From the IMG/VR virus record IMGVR_UViG_3300028283_000231: DNA of 64,000 bases; one strand, 5' to 3'. Positions 1-10,209 of the stretch are shown piece by piece (within the stretch, counting starts at the first letter, position 1; each line of letters opens with the position of its first letter). The notes below the pieces were generated by a model. It saw nothing but the letters and a program-made list of their open reading frames with translations, had not been told where the DNA came from and ran no database searches. Source of the stretch: a virus (Duplodnaviria > Caudoviricetes). A program made the position numbers and the translations under genes.

Positions 1-950
1 ACTAGTGGAACTAGTGGAACAACAGGAACTAGTGGAACTAGTGGAACATCAGGTGTTCATGGTTCATCAGGAACTAGTGGAACAACAGGAACTAGTGGAA
101 CTAGTGGATCTAGTGGAACAACAGGAACTAGTGGAACAACAGGAACTAGTGGAACAACAGGAACTAGTGGAACTAGTGGAACATCAGGTGTTCATGGTTC
201 ATCAGGAACAACAGGAACTAGTGGAACATCTGGAAAAGATGGATACACTTGTGAAAAATATAGGATAAGTGCGTTAGGATTAACTTCATCTTTATTTTCG
301 TATATAAGTTGTTCTAATGTTTATACGGAAATAGAAATTTTATCTGGCACAACAATAATTGTGTGTGCTTTAAAAGATAGTATAACATGGATAGGTGGAA
401 ATGATTATTTTCTCATTGAAGATCTTGGAGTTTGTTCAGGTAGTTCTGGGACATCAGGAACTTCAGGAACTAGTGGAACAACAGGAACTAGTGGAACTAG
501 TGGATATTCTGGTTCATCTGGAACCAGTGGGACGTCTGGAACTAGTGGAACAACAGGGACATCTGGAACTAGTGGAACAACAGGAACATCAGGAACTAGT
601 GGTACATCAGGAACTAGTGGAACTAGTGGATATTCTGGTTCATCTGGAACCAGTGGGACGTCTGGAACTAGTGGAACAACAGGAACATCAGGGACTAGTG
701 GAACAACAGGAACTAGTGGAACTAGTGGAACAACAGGAACATCAGGGACTAGTGGAACAACAGGAACTAGTGGATCTAGTGGAACAACAGGAACTAGTGG
801 AACATCAGGTGTTCATGGTTCATCAGGAACAACAGGAACTAGTGGAACATCAGGTGTTCATGGTTCATCAGGAACAACAGGGACATCTGGAACATCAGGT
901 GTTCATGGTTCATCAGGAACAACAGGGACTAGTGGAACATCTGGAAAAGA
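1..950 (+). repeat. Coding tandem repeats of 9-nt units (ggaactagt/ggaacaaca/ggaacatca) encoding Gly-X-Y
   Basis: Directly visible; Gly at every third residue. Confidence 0.95.
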
Positions 951-2656
951 TGGATTATTACCTGTAATAGGAAATGATAATGAATTATTATGGGTAGATA
1001 CATCCACACTCTATGGGTATAATACCACATCTGACTTAAATTGGACACCATCAAATCAAAGATTAGTAATACAAGATTCTACGTATAAAACAAATCACAA
1101 AACATTATTCTCAACCGATCATATGGCTCTTTCTCAATTAGAAGGTGGTGCATATTTTGGTAGAATAGGACTAACCGAAAATCAATTCGATTTAAGTTTT
1201 TGTGGATTAGACTGGACACAATCAAATTCACTTGCATTAAGTTGGAGATCAATAGCAATGAGTTCAGATGGTAAAATACAAAGCGCTGTTGATAATAATG
1301 GTGATTATATATATTATTCATACGATTATGGCGTAAACTGGACACAATCAAATTCAATATCAACATATTGGACTTCAATAGCAATGAGTTCAGACGGTAA
1401 AATACAAAGCGCTTGTTCTAATGGTGATTATATATATTATTCATACGATTATGGAGTGAACTGGACACAATCAAATTCAATATCAACATATTGGACTTCA
1501 ATAGCAATGAGTTCAGACGGTAAAATACAAAGCGCTTGTGTTGATGGTGGATCCTATTATTCATACGATTATGGTGTAAACTGGACCCTGTCTAACTTAT
1601 TTGGTGCTGTATGGGCATCAATCGCAATGAGTTCTGATGGAAAAATACAAACGGTTGTCCCTTTGTCTGGTAAAAGTATTAAAATATGTTATTCACTTGA
1701 TTATGGTATTAATTGGACACAATCAAATTCAATAGTATCAGCTTGGAAATCAGTAGCAATGAGTTCAGACGGTAAAATATCAGAGTGCTTGTGATGGTGA
1801 TATTTGGTATTCATATGATTATGGTGTAAACTGGACACAATCAAATTTAACAACAGGAAATTGGAGATCAATAGCAATGAGTTCAGACGGTAAAATACAA
1901 AGCGCTTGTTCTAATGGTGATTATATTTATTATTCATATGATTATGGTGTAAACTGGGCGCGAACAAATTCAATATCAACATATTGGACTTCAATAGCGA
2001 TGAGTTCAGACGGTAAAATACAAAGCTCTTGTTCTAATGGTGATTATATTTATTATTCATATGCTACAACAAATGGAAGAGGAGATACATATTTAGGTGG
2101 CAGATTAGATGTAGGTGTTGTTGAAGCCGGTGGAACATCTAATTATTTAATTTTGGATGGAACAAGAATAAAACAAACTACCGTTTATCCAGGAACATCA
2201 GGAACTAGTGGTATTACTGGTGTTGCAGGAACATCAGGAACTAGTGGATCTGGTGTTGCAGGAACATCAGGAACTAGTGGATCTGGTGTTGCAGGAACAT
2301 CAGGAACTAGTGGATCTGGTTCTAGTGATAGATCGTTTACTTGGGTCGTGGCAAATCCATCTTCTGGAAAATATGGATCTAACATACTTGGACCCAGATT
2401 ATCATCGGCTGCAACCCCGTCGTCAGTATGGTCATATACACAATTTAATACAAGCGTTGCGTTTGATATATATTATGGAAACATAGGATCTACAACTTCT
2501 ATATTGAGTAGTCCGCCTATAATATCTCTAACTGGTGGCACTAGCACAACATCATTTTCAACATCTACTGTGACCGCTGGTAGTTGGTTAATTTTGAATG
2601 TGTCAGCAGTAGATGGAACACCAGGACAAGTAGTAGTAACTTTATCTATGGTGTAA
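1..2656 (+). CDS. Collagen-like (G-T-S)n repeat and Asp-box/BNR repeat protein, probable tail fibre/virion surface protein; 5' partial, apparent +1 frameshift at 1774-1777
   Basis: Frame 1 is open from base 1 (TSGTSGTTG...) through ORF 361-1794. Removing one A from ggtaaaatatcag restores the repeat GKYQSACDGDIWYSYDYGVNW and joins ORF 1877-2656. Confidence 0.7.
1210..2060 (+). repeat. About six to seven coding repeats of about 42 aa (WTQSNS..W.SIAMSSDGKIQSA...YYSYDYGVN), beta-propeller-like
   Basis: Near-identical repeats with an S-x-D-x-G-x-x-W Asp-box pattern. Confidence 0.85.
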
Positions 2657-2733
2657 GTTAAATTATGAGTTGTCAGCACATACAAAAATTCTAATGTTTA
2701 TTAAAAAAAAAGAAAAAAGATATTTCTGATAAT

Positions 2734-3813
2734 TTAATTAGTTTTTAAAAATGTGAAATCGGTTCCTGGTTTCATGGTTTCAATCACTTTTCTTAGTAAC
2801 AAAATAGTATTTGATACGTCGTCTACGTGTGCCATTTCTACCTTACTATGCATGTATTTAAGTGGAACTGATACTAGTCCAGATACTATACCGTTAGTCA
2901 TATAACTTTCTGTGTCTGTGTTTGTTTTTGAAAGAGCCTTTATTTGATAAGGAATTTTATTTTCCTGTGCTATCTCTTCAATTAAAAGAACTAACTTTTG
3001 ATGTGTCGTAGGACTTATTGTGATCACTGGTCCTCTACCACACGCTATATCACCCAATTTCTTTTTATTCATCATAGGTGTATTAGTATCGTGAGTAGCG
3101 TCTATCGTTATAACAACATGTGGTTTATATTTATTAACAATCATTTGGGATCCCTTGAGTCCAACTTCTTCTTGTACAGTATTTATGAAAAGAATTTCAC
3201 TCTCGTGTTTAACTTGTTCGTCATAAATATTTTTACATATTTGAGATATAATATATCCACCAATTTTATTATCAAATGATTTACCAGTATAATATTTACC
3301 AAGTTTTTGAAAATTAGCTGGATAAGTTACCGGACAACCAACTCTTACACCAAGTGTTTCGAGTTCTTTTCTTGATTCTATTCCACAATCTATAAATATA
3401 TTATCTATTGTTGGAGAAGTTTCCTTTCCTTCTCTTACTCTAGTATTTACTGAGGGCCAACCAAATACACCGTCAACTATACCTTTAGATGTGTGTATTT
3501 TAACTCTACTACCTGGTGCTATTTGGTGGTCAGAATTACCGTTCTTTATGACGCTTATAATCCCTTTATCTGTAATATAAGATATTCTATAAGATACTTC
3601 ATCAACGTGGGCACTAACTGCTATTTTAAAAGTTTCCCAATATTTATCTTCGTTATCAGAAATAAGGGTAGCTACAACATTTCCGTAGTTATCTATATCA
3701 AATTTATCAGTGCTATTGTGAACGTAGTCAATCCATTTTTGTTGTGTGTCGTTTTCAAATCCGCTCGGGGAGTAACTATTTATAAGTTCTTCTAAAAATT
3801 TTTCGTCTTTCAT
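2734..3813 (-). CDS. M42 family metallo-aminopeptidase
   Basis: SAHVDE, DNKIGG, QEEVGLKG, IDATH and C-terminal MHS motifs. Confidence 0.85.
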   Translation of the reverse strand: MKDEKFLEELINSYSPSGFENDTQQKWIDYVHNSTDKFDIDNYGNVVATLISDNEDKYWETFKIAVSAHVDEVSYRISYITDKGIISVIKNGNSDHQIAPGSRVKIHTSKGIVDGVFGWPSVNTRVREGKETSPTIDNIFIDCGIESRKELETLGVRVGCPVTYPANFQKLGKYYTGKSFDNKIGGYIISQICKNIYDEQVKHESEILFINTVQEEVGLKGSQMIVNKYKPHVVITIDATHDTNTPMMNKKKLGDIACGRGPVITISPTTHQKLVLLIEEIAQENKIPYQIKALSKTNTDTESYMTNGIVSGLVSVPLKYMHSKVEMAHVDDVSNTILLLRKVIETMKPGTDFTFLKTN

Positions 3814-4121
3814 TTGTTTTCAGATTTAATGATACTCACATTAACGATAAAAAAATCACCAGCGTCCTCGAAATTATTAGCTTCGTAAAATCTTTTTTCT
3901 TTTGTGAAGAATACCATATCGTGATGACTCGGGTTTACATCTTTTGGAAAATCATTTTTATGTAGGAAAACATCAATATTATCTCCTAACGTTGATCCAT
4001 CTGGCGAATAAGCTTTCATCACGGTTTTATCAACTATGTCGTGAATATCATAATCACCATTTCTGTCAGATTTCTTAGTAAAATAGTAATCTACCATAAA
4101 TCTATTTTTCTTCTGTTCCAT
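3810..4121 (-). CDS. Hypothetical protein
   Basis: ORF tiles with its neighbours by overlap. Confidence 0.6.
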   Translation of the reverse strand: MEQKKNRFMVDYYFTKKSDRNGDYDIHDIVDKTVMKAYSPDGSTLGDNIDVFLHKNDFPKDVNPSHHDMVFFTKEKRFYEANNFEDAGDFFIVNVSIIKSENK

Positions 4122-4362
4122 TTTTCTCGTATTTTAATTTAATATTATTAATAATTATTTGTACTTTACTTATGACTTCAACGTAGTCAGGTAATAAAAA
4201 ATCAAGATCTGCACCGTTGTTATTTTCGATGAAAAAAGTGAATAAGTCGAGTAGCGCTTTATAATGTACGTACTCGACTAATTCTCTAATGTTTTCTTTA
4301 TCTGGTGGAATTTTATCAATGAATTGATAAATATCTTCGCTAAGTTCAAAAATTTTTGTCAC
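4102..4362 (-). CDS. Hypothetical protein
   Basis: ORF tiles with its neighbours by overlap. Confidence 0.6.
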   Translation of the reverse strand: MTKIFELSEDIYQFIDKIPPDKENIRELVEYVHYKALLDLFTFFIENNNGADLDFLLPDYVEVISKVQIIINNIKLKYEKNGTEEK

Positions 4363-4709
4363 TCTCCAAAATATTTTGTAATTAATTTTTTAAGTTCATT
4401 TTTAGGGTACGCTCCTGTATGTGCAACTGGTTCACCTTTAACTGGAACGAATAGTATCGTAGGAATGCTTCTAACGTTGAAAAATTTAGATAATTCGTAT
4501 TCTTCGTCTGTATCTACCTTATATAAGGAAAAATTATTTTCCCTTTCAAGTTCTTCTAGAACTGGAGTAACGCTCTGACATGGTTTACACCAATTAGCCG
4601 AAAACATTACTATACTTGGTTTTGTTCCTTTATATTTCCAATCTTTTTTTATATCAATATTTATACTTGATATAGTTTCTTCAAATTCCTTTGTTGTTAA
4701 ATATTTCAT
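4359..4709 (-). CDS. trxA: Thioredoxin family protein
   Basis: FSANWCKPC active site and VRSIPT cis-Pro motif. Confidence 0.9.
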   Translation of the reverse strand: MKYLTTKEFEETISSINIDIKKDWKYKGTKPSIVMFSANWCKPCQSVTPVLEELERENNFSLYKVDTDEEYELSKFFNVRSIPTILFVPVKGEPVAHTGAYPKNELKKLITKYFGE

Positions 4710-4725
4710 ATTTATTTATTATTTT

Positions 4726-4875
4726 TTAATTTTCTATTACAAGGTCACTACCATACTTCTTCAATGCCAATTTCATAGCCTTTCCAGAACCATAGTAATA
4801 TTTATTATTTTTAGTATCTATACCGACATACTTCTTATTATTAATTAAATTGGTAATTAGATATACAATTGGCAT
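4726..4875 (-). pseudogene. Truncated GIY-YIG homing endonuclease remnant (49 aa)
   Basis: Manual translation MPIVYLITNLINNKKYVGIDTKNNKYYYGSGKAMKLALKKYG..., similar to the N-terminus of ORF 53036-53941. Confidence 0.75.
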
Positions 4876-4936
4876 AATTCGTTGTTTTTTATTATTGTAT
4901 TAATTTTATTAAAAATAGTTTTAAAAACACAATAAT

Positions 4937-5215
4937 TTAATCGTCTTCCTTATAAATATCATATTTTGGTTTCTTTAAAGAGCATTCCTCACAAATATGA
5001 TCTCCATCAAAATCATAAGAACCTATGTTTCCACAAGACTCACAAGATACGTCATTATTATACCAAACCTCTACATATATCGCTTTAGTATATTCGGGAT
5101 CGATCCACTTTTCTGTGCATTCCTGACAAAAGAAATCACCCATAAAATCATAGGCTCCTTTCTTACCACATTCATCACATATAGCTTCTCTATCAAATGG
5201 TACATCTCTACTCAT
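4937..5215 (-). CDS. Hypothetical protein with four CxxC pairs (duplicated Zn-finger)
   Basis: CDEC, CQEC, CESC, CEEC. Confidence 0.65.
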   Translation of the reverse strand: MSRDVPFDREAICDECGKKGAYDFMGDFFCQECTEKWIDPEYTKAIYVEVWYNNDVSCESCGNIGSYDFDGDHICEECSLKKPKYDIYKEDD

Positions 5216-5492
5216 TTATTATATCTCCTGTTTTACAAATTGTAATTTTATTTTCTATAACACCAATGTTTTGTTTCTTTATGACTTGTATATCATAAGC
5301 GATCAAAACATTTTCCTCAACCGGTTTTTCATCCCATATTTCCTCACCATAGGGATCAGAATCAATTATAATCTATTCTCCTTTGAGTACCATTCTTTTT
5401 TCAAATCTGGGGACAACTCTAAAATCATCAATTTCATATCCAAGATATGATTCCAAATCGTCTTTATCCAACTTTCGATCTTTTTCTGTCAT
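5208..5492 (-). pseudogene. 94-codon ORF with an internal TAG at codon 40; contains the DPYGEEIW motif
   Basis: Manual translation; start and end overlap the neighbouring genes; TAG at 5373-5375. Confidence 0.55.
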
Positions 5493-6247
5493 TTTTTCTT
5501 TTTAAATAAACTCATTATTTTTTCTCTTAATGTGAATAAAGTTACCATTAATCCGAAAAATCCTGTTATATAAATCCAATTTAATTTGATCCAATTCCAA
5601 AATTTAGTCATAGGACTTATATAAACATAAATTTTATCCTCATAAATTTTTAAAGATTTATTATGATCACCCACTATCATATCTACACTCATAACCAATT
5701 CACTTTTACCTCCTTTAATTGGAGTTACTCTCCATTGCCATAAAGTGTAATCACTGCCCTGAGTTTCAACTAATTGTACTGAATCAGTAATGGCGACAAT
5801 AATAAAATTCTTTCTTGTTGGATCAATAAGTCTAGCTTTCATAACTGGTGTTATTCTAACAGTTTGAGTAGTTACATTTCCAGGATTATGTTGAAATGTT
5901 CCCACTTGACTAACAACTTGTCCTGTTGGCATTTTATAAGATACCGCTAATTCAACTGTATCACATACACCGTAACTCATAGTATCTTTAATGAGATGGG
6001 TAATATTTCCAATTTTAGATGATTGCATTTCAGCTATCATGGAGTCAGGTATTACCATTATCAACATTTGTGGATGAACTATAGCCGGGGACATAGTAAC
6101 AGCTTTTTCAGCTTGTACAGCAGCGACAGAATCAACTGTTCTAATTGAATCTGCTATTGCTTTTTCGGCTCTTTCTGAACAACTTGGTCCGCAAGATGCG
6201 ATGAAAATCACAATAAATAAAAATAATAATCCTAATAATTTTCTCAT
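5489..6247 (-). CDS. Lipoprotein with C-terminal transmembrane helix
   Basis: N-terminal lipobox-like IASC and hydrophobic C-terminus. Confidence 0.65.
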   Translation of the reverse strand: MRKLLGLLFLFIVIFIASCGPSCSERAEKAIADSIRTVDSVAAVQAEKAVTMSPAIVHPQMLIMVIPDSMIAEMQSSKIGNITHLIKDTMSYGVCDTVELAVSYKMPTGQVVSQVGTFQHNPGNVTTQTVRITPVMKARLIDPTRKNFIIVAITDSVQLVETQGSDYTLWQWRVTPIKGGKSELVMSVDMIVGDHNKSLKIYEDKIYVYISPMTKFWNWIKLNWIYITGFFGLMVTLFTLREKIMSLFKKKK

Positions 6248-6468
6248 TTTTGTCTTGTGTTATTTTTCATTTCATAATCTTCGATAACTCCACTAGCCCC
6301 ACTATGTCCAGAAACCCTGTGGCTTCCTCTGGATGATTCATCTCCCCCACTTGTACCAGGTGGTGGATCACCGCTTATACCTGTAATTTGTTCTTCTTCT
6401 TCCATTATTTCAGTTTTTGTTATATGAATGAGGTTACATAGTTCCAGCATTTTTCTTTTTTGGACCAA
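6244..6468 (-). CDS. Hypothetical protein
   Basis: ORF track; start uncertain. Confidence 0.4.
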   Translation of the reverse strand: MVQKRKMLELCNLIHITKTEIMEEEEQITGISGDPPPGTSGGDESSRGSHRVSGHSGASGVIEDYEMKNNTRQK

Positions 6469-6513
6469 CTATGTTTCCTATTGCAAAACCTATAAACCAA
6501 GATAATTTACTTC

Positions 6514-7062
6514 TCATATAAACCCCTTTTCACTAAAAACCTCAGCCTCAAATGTATATATTTCAGCACTTTGCCAATCACCCCAACTACCACCCATTTT
6601 ATCTTGAACACAATGTCCTAAAAATTCAATTAAACTCCAATCGTTTTCAACAGCAACTTGTGGCAAAAAAACACCACTTCTATTTTGTTTAGTCATAAGA
6701 ATTCCGTGTTTACCTATTTCTATTTCATCTATATCTCTAATTTTTCTAAAAGGCGTTAAAACAGATATTTCTATATCAATATTTTTCATTTCATCTAACT
6801 GAATTTGAGCAAATCTATCGTCTTCAAAAGCTGATAATAAAGCTACATTTTTAATCACTTTATATAAAGGGTAATCAACATTAAATTTACCTATACATCC
6901 TCTCAATTTACCTTCTTTATGTAAAGTCACAAATGCACCACAATGTGCTTGTAAAACTTTACTATTGCTAACAGGTGTATAATTAATGTTGTTAAGTGAT
7001 TGAGTAATAGTTTCTCTTGCTATATTTAATAATTCTTTTCTATCTTTATCTCTTAATCGCAT
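6514..7062 (-). CDS. AMMECR1-domain protein (AmmeMemoRadiSam system protein A-like)
   Basis: GAFVTLHKEGKLRGCIG, DDRF, IEISVLTP and GVFLPQVA motifs. Confidence 0.88.
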   Translation of the reverse strand: MRLRDKDRKELLNIARETITQSLNNINYTPVSNSKVLQAHCGAFVTLHKEGKLRGCIGKFNVDYPLYKVIKNVALLSAFEDDRFAQIQLDEMKNIDIEISVLTPFRKIRDIDEIEIGKHGILMTKQNRSGVFLPQVAVENDWSLIEFLGHCVQDKMGGSWGDWQSAEIYTFEAEVFSEKGFI

Positions 7063-7186
7063 ATAATTTTCCTCTGTTTTATATATTAAAATTTACTTTC
7101 CAAAGACTGAAAATATTTTATAAATTGACTTCTATTTATTAATATATAGTGTTACATCATTGATGTTTAAATAAATTTTTAACTAT

Positions 7187-7835
7187 ATGAGTGAATATTA
7201 TGTATATTGTTTACTAGATCCAAGAAAGGTGAATTTTCTTATGAAAAAAATTGGGACTACAACCGATAAAATTAAAGATCTATGAAAATTTAGAAGAATA
7301 AGATGCTCTAAATAAAGAAATGGATTTGATTAAAATTATTGGAAGAAAAGATTTAAAAACAGGGGAACTATTAAATCTGACTAATGGTGGAGAAAATAAT
7401 TGGTGTAAATTTAAACATTTTCAATTAACCCAGTCCATTTTTAGCTTCCACCTAACCTGAATAATTAAAGATTGGGGAATAGAAGAACAAAATAAAATAA
7501 GAGTGTTTCGTGGTGTAAGAATGATGGAAAATAACCCTATGAAAAATCCAGACATTGCTAAAAAATGTGGAGATTCTAAAAGGGGATTATTACATACTGA
7601 TGAATATAAATTAAAAATGAGTGTTTCTTTGAAAAATTCTACAAAACATAAAATATCAACTAGTGGCACTGAAAATAAAGAAATTCATAGAATAATTCAA
7701 GAAAAAAATATGAAACCAGTTCTACTGTTTGATATAAATATGAATTTTATAAAAGAATATCCTAGTATAATGGAAGCATCAAGACAAATTAATATTAGAA
7801 AAGGGAACATTAGTAATGTATTAAATGGTAGGTAA
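7187..7835 (+). pseudogene. Degenerate GIY-YIG/NUMOD homing endonuclease
   Basis: Starts YYVYCLLDPR; another frame reads IYENLEE*DALNKEMDLIKIIGRKDLKTGELLNLTNGGE; C-terminal NUMOD1-like YPSIMEASRQ (ORF 7503-7835). Confidence 0.75.
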
Positions 7836-7851
7836 AAAACAATGGAGGGTT

Positions 7852-8160
7852 ATGAATTTTTTAATTTTTTTATTATCTACAATAGGTTGCACTCTAATAA
7901 TAACAATTTCTTTTATTTTTAAAAATATTAGAGATAAAGCCAAAACTATTAATCCACTTTTCGGTAAATTATTGTCATGTAGTCAATGTACTGGTTTTTA
8001 TGTCGCCTTAGTTATACAATCTATCATTTTAATACACGAAAGAATAAGTATTTCATTTACTTGGTTCGATTTATATTATATTCTATATGGGTTCATAGGA
8101 AGTTTTGTTTGCTACCTTGTTTATTTATTAATAAAACCATTGATAGACAAGCACGACTGA
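7852..8160 (+). CDS. Small membrane protein with CxxC, DUF1360-like
   Basis: LLSCSQCTGFYV between hydrophobic helices. Confidence 0.55.
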   Translation: MNFLIFLLSTIGCTLIITISFIFKNIRDKAKTINPLFGKLLSCSQCTGFYVALVIQSIILIHERISISFTWFDLYYILYGFIGSFVCYLVYLLIKPLIDKHD

Positions 8161-8164
8161 GAAA

Positions 8165-8637
8165 TCATGCAAAATCATGATATAATAACTATACTTACTT
8201 TTATTACTTAACTTTTCTGAATCTTGATCCCTTATATATCTGTTCAGTTTTAACACATTTTGTAATTACATGTCTTTCTATATCAGTTTGTCTTGATGCT
8301 TCTCTGATACTAGAATAAGTTCCTATTATTTTCGTATCGCAATCTACTGTTCGATTAAGTATTTAAGTTTCTGATTATTTATCCATTCTTCTGAACAAAC
8401 AATATTTTTATGATTATCTGAATTTACTTAAAATCTTATTTACCTTCTTTTTATTGGTATCCCTTTTTAAATACCATTCTTTAATATGGTGCAATATTCT
8501 ATTTTTTGATCCTTTACCTACATAAAAAGGTTCAAAATTAAATGTAAATTACCATATATAAATTCATCTTCGTGTCTAGAATCTAAATAACAGTACACGT
8601 AATACACATTTTTACGTGTACCATCCTTAACATCCAT
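8165..8637 (-). pseudogene. Degenerate GIY-YIG/NUMOD1 homing endonuclease
   Basis: VYYVYCYLDSR...then, after a frameshift, EPFYVGKGSKNR; distal fragment IIGTYSSIREASRQT. Confidence 0.7.
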
Positions 8638-8696
8638 TTGCGCAATGAGCTACTGCCCTCAACATATATCTTTTCATGTTCTTATATATTAAAATT

Positions 8697-9359
8697 TCAA
8701 TCTAATTTTATGTTTTTAGTATTATCTTTAAATCTTTCTTCTATGAAGGTATAATCTACATTTTGTTTTTCTATATCTGAAAAAGAAGCTAATTGAGTTG
8801 CCACTATTGGATTAACTACTAAACATAAATTTTTCTTTTGAAAATAATTAGCCATAAATACGTCTAGTATGTCTTGAAATTCAATTTTTTCTAATCCTTC
8901 ATATTTTCTTATAAAAAAATCGTAAGTTTTATTTCTATAACAAAAAGCGTGGCAAGCAAAAGCATTTTTCAAAATAAGGATATTTGGTTTAGATTTAGTA
9001 ATAAGTTTAAGAGGTTCATGAGTATTGGCGCCGAGATAAAACAACCACCAATCCAGATTACCAATTTGAGATAAAGATTTTCCTAAAATATTAATAGTAT
9101 CATTAATGAAATGCACATCATCTTCAAAGACAAGAACGTTATTTAACCCTTTTTCTTTAGCTATTTTAATAATAGCCAAATTAGATTTGATTATACCTAA
9201 ACGGCCGTCTTTTTCTTTTATAGCTGAAAATCTTTGTACTCTGTCAAGTACACCAACACTTTCAAATTCTTTTTGAGCGTGTTCCCAACGATCAGTTCTA
9301 TGATCGAGATTAATACAATAAATTTCCTCAAAGAAATTCCACACCTTATTATATTCCAC
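8697..9359 (-). CDS. Glycosyltransferase family 25-like
   Basis: YCINLDHRTDRW, RFSAI and VLVFEDD motifs. Confidence 0.82.
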   Translation of the reverse strand: MEYNKVWNFFEEIYCINLDHRTDRWEHAQKEFESVGVLDRVQRFSAIKEKDGRLGIIKSNLAIIKIAKEKGLNNVLVFEDDVHFINDTINILGKSLSQIGNLDWWLFYLGANTHEPLKLITKSKPNILILKNAFACHAFCYRNKTYDFFIRKYEGLEKIEFQDILDVFMANYFQKKNLCLVVNPIVATQLASFSDIEKQNVDYTFIEERFKDNTKNIKLD

Positions 9360-9420
9360 GATATGTTTTTTAATAAATTATAATAAAAATATGAAATGAA
9401 GTTTAAAATTTATAATAATA

Positions 9421-10128
9421 TCAAGATATTAAATTTAAAAGAAGATTATCAGTATACGTATATTCAATTCTAACTGATCCACCACCACCATTACCACCAT
9501 TGACATTATTTGATATTCTATACCCACCACCACCTCCACCACCATAAGCTTTTCCATTTTCACCAGACCCTTCTGTTCCTGTTCTACCAGATCCACCAGA
9601 ACCATTTATATTATATACACCACCAGGACCGGGTGTTGCGCCAGTTCCGGCGTCATTACCTTTGTTGGCATCACCAGCTCCTCCACCTCCGCCGCCTCCA
9701 CCATTACTATTATTTTTACCGCCTTTACCACCACTATATAAGAAATCACCAGTACCAGCAGCACTATCTCCACCTGTTTGTCCAGTGGCACTATTTAATG
9801 AACAACCATTTCCACCATCAGCCGAACAAAGAACGACATAAGACATTCCAACTGGTGTTGTTACAACACTATCACCACCGTCTATTGACCCTAATCCGTT
9901 TCCATTACCACCGGACCCAACGATTATATCTAATTTTACTGCGGGATATGTATCGCGATAAAAAACACTACATGCTCCTCCGCCACCGCCTCCGCCTCCA
10001 CCAGCTGTTGTTCTTCTTCCACCAGCACCACCGCCAGCCCAACATGTAATTGTTAATCTGCTAACACTTAAAGGTAAATCGTGTATTGTTGTTCCTGTCG
10101 TTGTCCACGTAAATGAAAAAGTGCCCAT
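9421..10128 (-). CDS. Glycine-rich domain protein, probable virion/tail-associated
   Basis: WAGGGAGG...GGGGGG and GGGSVRIEY pattern. Confidence 0.65.
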   Translation of the reverse strand: MGTFSFTWTTTGTTIHDLPLSVSRLTITCWAGGGAGGRRTTAGGGGGGGGGACSVFYRDTYPAVKLDIIVGSGGNGNGLGSIDGGDSVVTTPVGMSYVVLCSADGGNGCSLNSATGQTGGDSAAGTGDFLYSGGKGGKNNSNGGGGGGGGAGDANKGNDAGTGATPGPGGVYNINGSGGSGRTGTEGSGENGKAYGGGGGGGYRISNNVNGGNGGGGSVRIEYTYTDNLLLNLIS

Positions 10129-10209
10129 TAATTATCGTTTTTTATTATATATATTTTTTTTATGTGACAAATATTTTTTATATTTGTAGAAATATAAAAA
10201 CTCAAAAAT

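Noticed and set aside
1-950. CRISPR array or non-coding tandem repeat; ORFs 5-268, 395-967 and 2208-2486
   Set aside because: The units are 9-nt coding repeats with no unique spacers; the listed ORFs are alternate-frame shadows of the Gly-Thr-Ser repeat.
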